Translations under genes and position numbers: made by a program | Part shown: positions 58,034 to 64,000 of the stretch, one piece after another | How the letters are laid out: each line of letters opens with the position of its first letter | Numbering within the stretch: position 1 is the first letter of the stretch | The notes under the pieces: generated by a model | Databases searched by the model: none | Told to the model about the DNA's origin: nothing | Seen by the model: the letters and a program-made list of their open reading frames with translations, nothing else | Source of the DNA: Balanoglossus misakiensis | Taxonomy: Eukaryota > Animalia > Hemichordata | DNA length: 64,000 nt | Direction of reading: 5' to 3' | Assembly (NCBI GenBank): GCA_040954595.2 | Contig: CM082577.2 | Location: 19,008,303 to 19,072,302, forward strand

Positions 58034-59243
58034 TATTCTTGGTTCACTTCTTTGTCGCTCTAGATCTCAGACACCACTGCAGGTACAGTTCTCAAACTTG
58101 CTACAGTGGTCAAGGTCAATGAGTAGTCATGCATTGAACCCATGAATTTTTAATTAGTCACATGACCTGGCGGCCATCTTGGATTTTCTGAAAAAATGCA
58201 AATCTCAGATCTCAGAAACTACAAGTCAGATCGACTTCAAATTTGGCAAGCAGGTAGACTACCTTCTACCCATCATTTTTGTAATTGGATATTTTTCTGT
58301 CAATGTTGCAATTTTTTTGCTACAATTTTTTTTCTGAAATCTGGCTTAAATTTCAAAAATCTTCTTCTCCAGAACCGGTGATAACCAAGACACGGGGTTT
58401 GGTGTATGTGGTCACCTATCTGATGTCTATCAAGTTTGCGAAGATCATTGTGATTGGTCGAAGATTATGGCGGCCATATTGGATTTTGTAAAAAGCAGTG
58501 AAAAATTTAAATTCCTTTTTCTAGTCTAAAAATTGTTAGAATACAAATTCTTTTTAATGGATATCAATCGTCATGTGACTAAAATATGTTACAAATTTTT
58601 GGCGATTTTTCACATGACATTTGACCTACTTTTCACGCGTTATTATTTCTGCATATAGGGTAACCTATAGGGCTAAACGTTTGGTTTTTGATACATGTGG
58701 ATTAGTGTGTGATCAAAATATTTTGCAACTTTTCATGACCCCTTTGACCTCTGCTGACCTCATTAATTATGTGCATATAGCTAATCTCAGGCGAACCAAT
58801 AGAGCTAGAGGTTTGGATTTGTTTTACATGGACCAGTATAGGATCAAAATGCCTAAATGTTGGGTGACCTCTGATGACCTTTGACCTACTTTCGCATACC
58901 TCAGCATCCAGAGCAGATACAGCCTTGGCATTTGGCAGGATGGGACCAAAATGTAAAGCCACATTTTTGGGTCACTTGTCACACCAGCTGACCTCATTAA
59001 ATATGCACATAACTAATTACAGACGAACCAATAGAGCTAGAGTTTTGGTTTTTGTTGGACATGGACCAGTTTGGGTTAAAAAAAATTGCCGCAATGTTGG
59101 GTGACCTTTGACCTACTTTACTCAAAATACATATATGTCAAGAGATAAAACAGCCGATGGAGCATTCTGTTTCTTCTCATTCATACTGTGCATATATAAT
59201 ACTGGATCAGCGCGTGGGCCCGACAATGCTGCTTGCAGCTTTC
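56390..59243 (+). mobile_element. Two tandem Helentron-associated non-autonomous elements (HINE/DINE-1-like): 56390-57998 and 57999-59243
   Basis: 5' TATTAGGGCCCAAGC hairpin, (TTTC)n microsatellite, 3' subterminal IR (GCTT)GGGCCC and the hairpin GCTGCTTGCAGC. The two bodies are homologous. Confidence 0.75.
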
Positions 59244-59250
59244 ATGTTAA

Positions 59251-59862
59251 AGGGGAAATCCGCTGTAGCTGATTTCTACATAATTTGGTAGCTTAGATGT
59301 CTCTCTTTCAGAAAAAAACATATTCGCCATGTATAGGTCGCGCGATTTTTTACAAAATCTAGGGAAAGTTGGCAGAATTTCCAATATGGCGTTTACTGTA
59401 ATTTGAATCATGGGAAAAAAAGCGCCAGGACCAACTTCCACCCACCTTGGTGTGGGTGATACCATTTTCCGATTGGTGTCACTGTGTCACAAGCTAAGCG
59501 TATTTGCATATTTTTCATGGCTCATGAAAACTGTCAATAGATGACAAATTTTCGACTTTGCTGATGATTGTTTATCAACTGATGCAAAGAACAAACAATA
59601 GCTATGAAATTACGCCTAGTCTGTCGCCCAGTGACACCAATCGGAGAATGGTATCACCCACACCATGGTGGGCGGAAGTTGCTCCTGGCGCTTTTTTTCC
59701 AATGATTCAAATTACAGTAAACGCCATATTGGAAATTCTGCCAACTTTCCCTAGATTTTGTAAAAAATCGCGCGACCTATACATGGCGAATATGTTTTTT
59801 TCTGAAAGAGAGACATCAAAGCTACCAAATTATGTAGAAATCAGCTACAGCGGATTTCCCCT
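59251..59862. mobile_element. TTAA foldback MITE (Kolobok-type), ~235-bp TIRs
   Basis: TTAA|AGGGGAAATCCGCTGTAGC ... GCTACAGCGGATTTCCCCT|TTAA. Confidence 0.92.
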
Positions 59863-60203
59863 TTAATTTGGATTTGATGGGGTCATGAATATGCAAATTA
59901 GATCTAAAAATAGAAGTTTTGGTAAAAAATCTTCTACTCCCTAACTACATGTACGATGGAGCTGAAATTTGGTAGGAATGTGTGTTATGGTGTCCCTACC
60001 TGATATTGTTAATTTGGATTTGATAGGGTCATGAATATGCAAATTAGAACCTTGGTGCTTCCTTTTGATGTTGTTCTTTAGGATTCAATTCTTTCTTTCT
60101 TTAGCACAATGAATCAAGCTGAATTTGGATAAATACTTGTAATGTCTATGATGTTTGGTTTTGTTCAATAGAATAAGATAGGGGAGAAATTTATTCTTCA
60201 TTT

Positions 60204-60706
60204 GTCTGCAGTCTGTTCAAAATGCAGCAGCCCGTCTCGTCACAGGTACACGCAAATATGACCACATCACTCCTGTTTTCATTGATTTACACTGGTTACC
60301 TGTGAAAGCTCGTATACAATTCAAAATTTTATTGACTACTTTTAAGATTGTTAGAGGTGGTGCACCGCTTTATCTGAACGATTTAATTGATCTGTACGTA
60401 CCGTCAAGAAATCTGCGATCTTCTGAGAAATTACGTTTAACTCCTCCTCGCGGATATTTTAATAAGTCCTACGGTCAGAGAGCTTTTTCGGTATGTGCCC
60501 CTTTGCTGTGGAATGCACTGCCTTCAGAAATTCGTTGTGCCAGAAATACTACTTCTTTTAAACGTTGTTTGAAGACCCATCTTTTTAACAAGTTTTACTC
60601 GTAACTGTAGTAGTTGTTTTTTGTATCTTTTTAATACTTGTGTTCAGCGCACTGAGACGTTTGTGGAGTGCGTTTTTTAAGAATTAAATATTATTATTAT
60701 TATTAT
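60204..60706 (+). mobile_element. L2-clade LINE 3' end (5'-truncated)
   Basis: LQSVQNAAARLVTGTRKYDHITP..LHWLPVKARIQFK...GQRAFS...LWNALP...FK..LKTHLF, then a short 3' UTR and (TTA)n tail. Confidence 0.92.
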
Positions 60707-61979
60707 TTGTCTTCTTCTCTGAAACCGCTGGTCCAATTGTTTGGAAATTTTGTATGCAGCTTCCTTGGGTGACCTTAATCAAGTTTTTTTTCAAATTGTG
60801 GTTAAATTTGCATATTTGTATTTTTGGGGCAATTTTCCCTGTTTTTGGTCAAAAATAATTGTTTGTCAAACAGCTTGTCAGACTTCTCTCAAATTATGTG
60901 TGTAGATTCGTAGGGCTTCATTATAATTAGTAGTAACATATAATCAATTGTCCTGAAATAGAACATGTAAAGACCTCCAGACATCAAATGCCACTGCACA
61001 TGTCAGTTATGTGCAACATAATGATAGGAATGTGTTTAAAGTTACAGCAGCTACTGTAATTGGCTTCCTATCTCCATGATTTACCTTTAAATGCAGTACA
61101 GTATGCAGCAGCAAATAAATGTAAGTTATCAAGAAAATGATTGTTTTGCGCCTTTTCTTTTTTTTCCTTTACAGCATAATTGGCCTAAAAAATTAAATTT
61201 TCTCATGGAAAAGATTGTATTGCTGTCTTTTTCCCCAGAAACCACTAAGAGAAATGAATGTTATAATTCATGTTGCGTAAAAAATTTATTTATTACCAGA
61301 TTCAAAATACAATCATAACATTCTGACATTCATTTATTCTCATGATACTTGTATGTCAACAATACCTCTCTACACAAACCAGTCAAAAATGGCTCAACCA
61401 TGACATGATGTGTGTATGTCTATCCTCTACACTTTCTTATTCTACTCCCTTCATATGTTGGCTTGTTGAATATTCAGCTTCTCATCATAACCTGCATATC
61501 AATCCTGCTAACTAGTTACCTAATCGTTTCTGCAACCCATTACAGCAGAGCTCTATAGGCCGCTAGGTCACTTGTTAAATTCTGATATCAGAAATGTTCA
61601 ATATTTAGCAAGTTTGGTTGAGTGTAAGTTTAATTTTGTAGTTTAGCTACTAGCCATTAAATAATTTTGTTTTAAAAGGAAAACCACAGACTTTTTTAGA
61701 GAGCCAAGAGAGATCGATATTTGCGTCATTGTGTTATTGGGGAAATTTTGTCAAAAATTGTGTTTTTTTTCTGAAAGCGCTTGTCAGACTGCGTTGAACT
61801 TTGACAGGCATGGTCCTTGTAAAAGTTCGGTTTTGGATGCATGAGAAACATTAATGGGACTAAAAGTTGATGGTAAATTTCAGGACCACTTGACCTCTGC
61901 TCAGACCTCATTAAATTCAAGGCTAACTGGAAGTTTGGTTTTTGTTCAGCATTGATCAGTTTCAGCTCATAATTTTTTG

Positions 61980-64000
61980 AAATTTTTTGTTTGACCTTGG
62001 GTGACCTTTCAACTAATTTTGCGTATCTGGCGCTTAGGCCCCTGTTGGGTCCGTTGGAAATTTTAGAGAGCCAAGAGAGGTTTGGGCCCCTATGGATTTG
62101 GGTTTTTCATGTTCCTTGTGGTGATTAAAGTAAGATATTGTATAATTATTGTGATATTTGTGATTTTGCCACTTTTGAACGAATATTTTTTTCCGTGAAA
62201 CTGCTCGTTGGATTGCTCTGAAATTTGGAATGAACATTCCAAGTGTTAACCTAAGATTGCTTTGGAAGATGGGACACAAGTTCATACATGTAACACGTAT
62301 GTGCAACTTTTATTGAATTCTGATATCAGAAATGTTCAATATTTAGCAAGTTTGGTTGAGTGTAAGTTTCCTTTTTGTTGGTTAGCAAATCTCCTTAACC
62401 AATTGTTCAGTGGCTTTGAAGGTTACTGTTAGGGTCGGCAGGTCAAATTTAGCGTAGGTCAAATAATCAGAACAGCACATATTTAATATTTCGGCCTAGT
62501 GTTCACCTAACTGAGATGTACAAAAATTACTCAGAATTTTTATTTATTCGATCCATATGGTGGCCATATTGGATTTTCCAAAAATGGATGGAAAACATTA
62601 AAAATCATCTCCCCCATTAGCAAATCGCTGTTTCAGCCGAAACTTGCATACATCATTGTGTGCATGGCTTGTTTGAAGTTGTTGACAAAATATGGCCGCC
62701 ATGTTTGATTGTTTAATTTTCTGCAATCCATTCTTAGCCTAAATATTGATAGCACAGAAATTCTTTTAATGATTATTGGTCAACATAGGACTTAAATTTG
62801 CTACAATTTTTTTGGCAATTTTAGGAAGACCTTTGACCTTGTTTGGTAGAAGCTAATTATATATGCGTATGTTTAATGCTAGCTGTTGTTAAAGCACAGA
62901 GTCGCCATTTATGTGCACATGGATGGGTTAAAGTCACAGCCAGGATTCCCTTCAAATATTTTTAGCAATTTTGGCAATGACCTTTGACCTACTTTAGACG
63001 CATTATTTTACTGCATATCTTATTATGACCTTTCATCTAATTTTGCATATCTGGCGCTTAGGCCCCTGTTGGGACCGTTGGAAATTTTAGAGAGCCAAGA
63101 GAGGTTTGGGCCCGTATGGGTTTGGGTTTTTCATGTTCCTTGTGGTGATTAAAGTAAGATATTGTACAATTAATGTGATATTTGTGATTTTGCTACTTTT
63201 GAACAAATATTGTTTTCCGTGAAACTGCTCGTTGGATTGCTCTGAAATTTTGAAGGAACATTCCAAGTGTTAACCTAAGTTTTCTCTGATTGCTTTGGAA
63301 GATGGGACACAAGTTCATACATGTAACACGTATGTGCAACTTTTATTAAATTCTGATATCAGAAATGTTCAATATTTAGCAAGTTTGGTTGAGTGTAAGT
63401 TTCCTTGTTGTTGGTTAGCAAATCTCCTAAACCAATTGTTCAGTGGCTTTGAAGGTTACTGTTAGGGTCGGCAGGTTAAATTTAGCGTAGGTAAGATAAT
63501 CAGAACAGCACATATTTTTATTTCGGCCTAGTGTTCACCTAACTGAGATGTACAAAAATTACTCAGAATTTTTATTTATTCGATCCATATGGTGGCCATA
63601 TTGGATTTTCCAAAAATGGATGGAAAACATTAAAAATCATCTCCTCCATTTGCAAATCGCTGTTTCAGCCGAAACTTGCATACATCATTGTGTGCATGGC
63701 TTGTTTGAAGTTGTTGACAAAATATGGCCGCCATGTTTGATTGTTTAATTTTCAGCAATCCATTCTTAGCCTAAATATTGATAGCACAGAAATTCTTTTA
63801 ATGATTATTGGTCAACATATGACTTAAATTTTCTACAAATTTTTTCGCAATTTTAGGAAGACCTTTGACCTAGTTTGGTAGAAACTAATTCTATATGCCT
63901 ATGTTTAATACTAGCTGTTGTTAAAGCACAGGGTCGCCATTTATGTGCACATGGATGGGTAAAATCACTGCCAGGATTCCCTTCAAATATTTTTAGCAAT
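61980..64000. repeat. ~1024-bp tandem repeat (2 units, runs off the window), related to the HINE-like family
   Basis: TTAGGCCCCTGTTGGG at 62034 and 63058, with high similarity. Shares GGCCATATTGGATTTT and GACCTTTGACCTACTT blocks with 56390-59243. Confidence 0.85.

Noticed and set aside
59247-59866. Pair of near-identical ORFs on opposite strands (also 53742/54435)
   Set aside because: Mirror products of MITE terminal inverted repeats.

Overview
This is eukaryotic, AT-rich, almost entirely transposon-derived DNA. The repeat repertoire resembles that of marine invertebrates (inference), and no intact host gene is visible. From 1 to 16 kb lie two near-identical copies, ~9.24 kb apart, of a block holding a truncated Ty3/Gypsy gag-pro-pol (with a -1 frameshift signal), small DNA-transposon relics and a host-gene fragment. 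From 15.3 to 25.4 kb is a 7-unit, ~1461-bp tandem array. Each unit joins the 5' end of a piggyBac element (+ strand) to two pseudogenised, intron-separated exons of the NMD kinase SMG1 (- strand); the kinase-domain exon occurs 9 times in the window. At 28-32 kb is a disrupted CxxH-type DDE transposase element. At 36.4-44 kb is a 7.5-kb long-TIR element with a 4-exon Academ-like transposase and a stand-alone HIRAN gene; it has an odd mixed direct/inverted terminal structure and Crypton-type hairpins at both ends. From 44 to 64 kb are CR1/L2 LINE fragments, TTAA (Kolobok-type), hAT-like and P-like MITEs, and tandem Helentron-associated (HINE/DINE-like) repeats. All family calls come from motif recognition by eye, not database searches.
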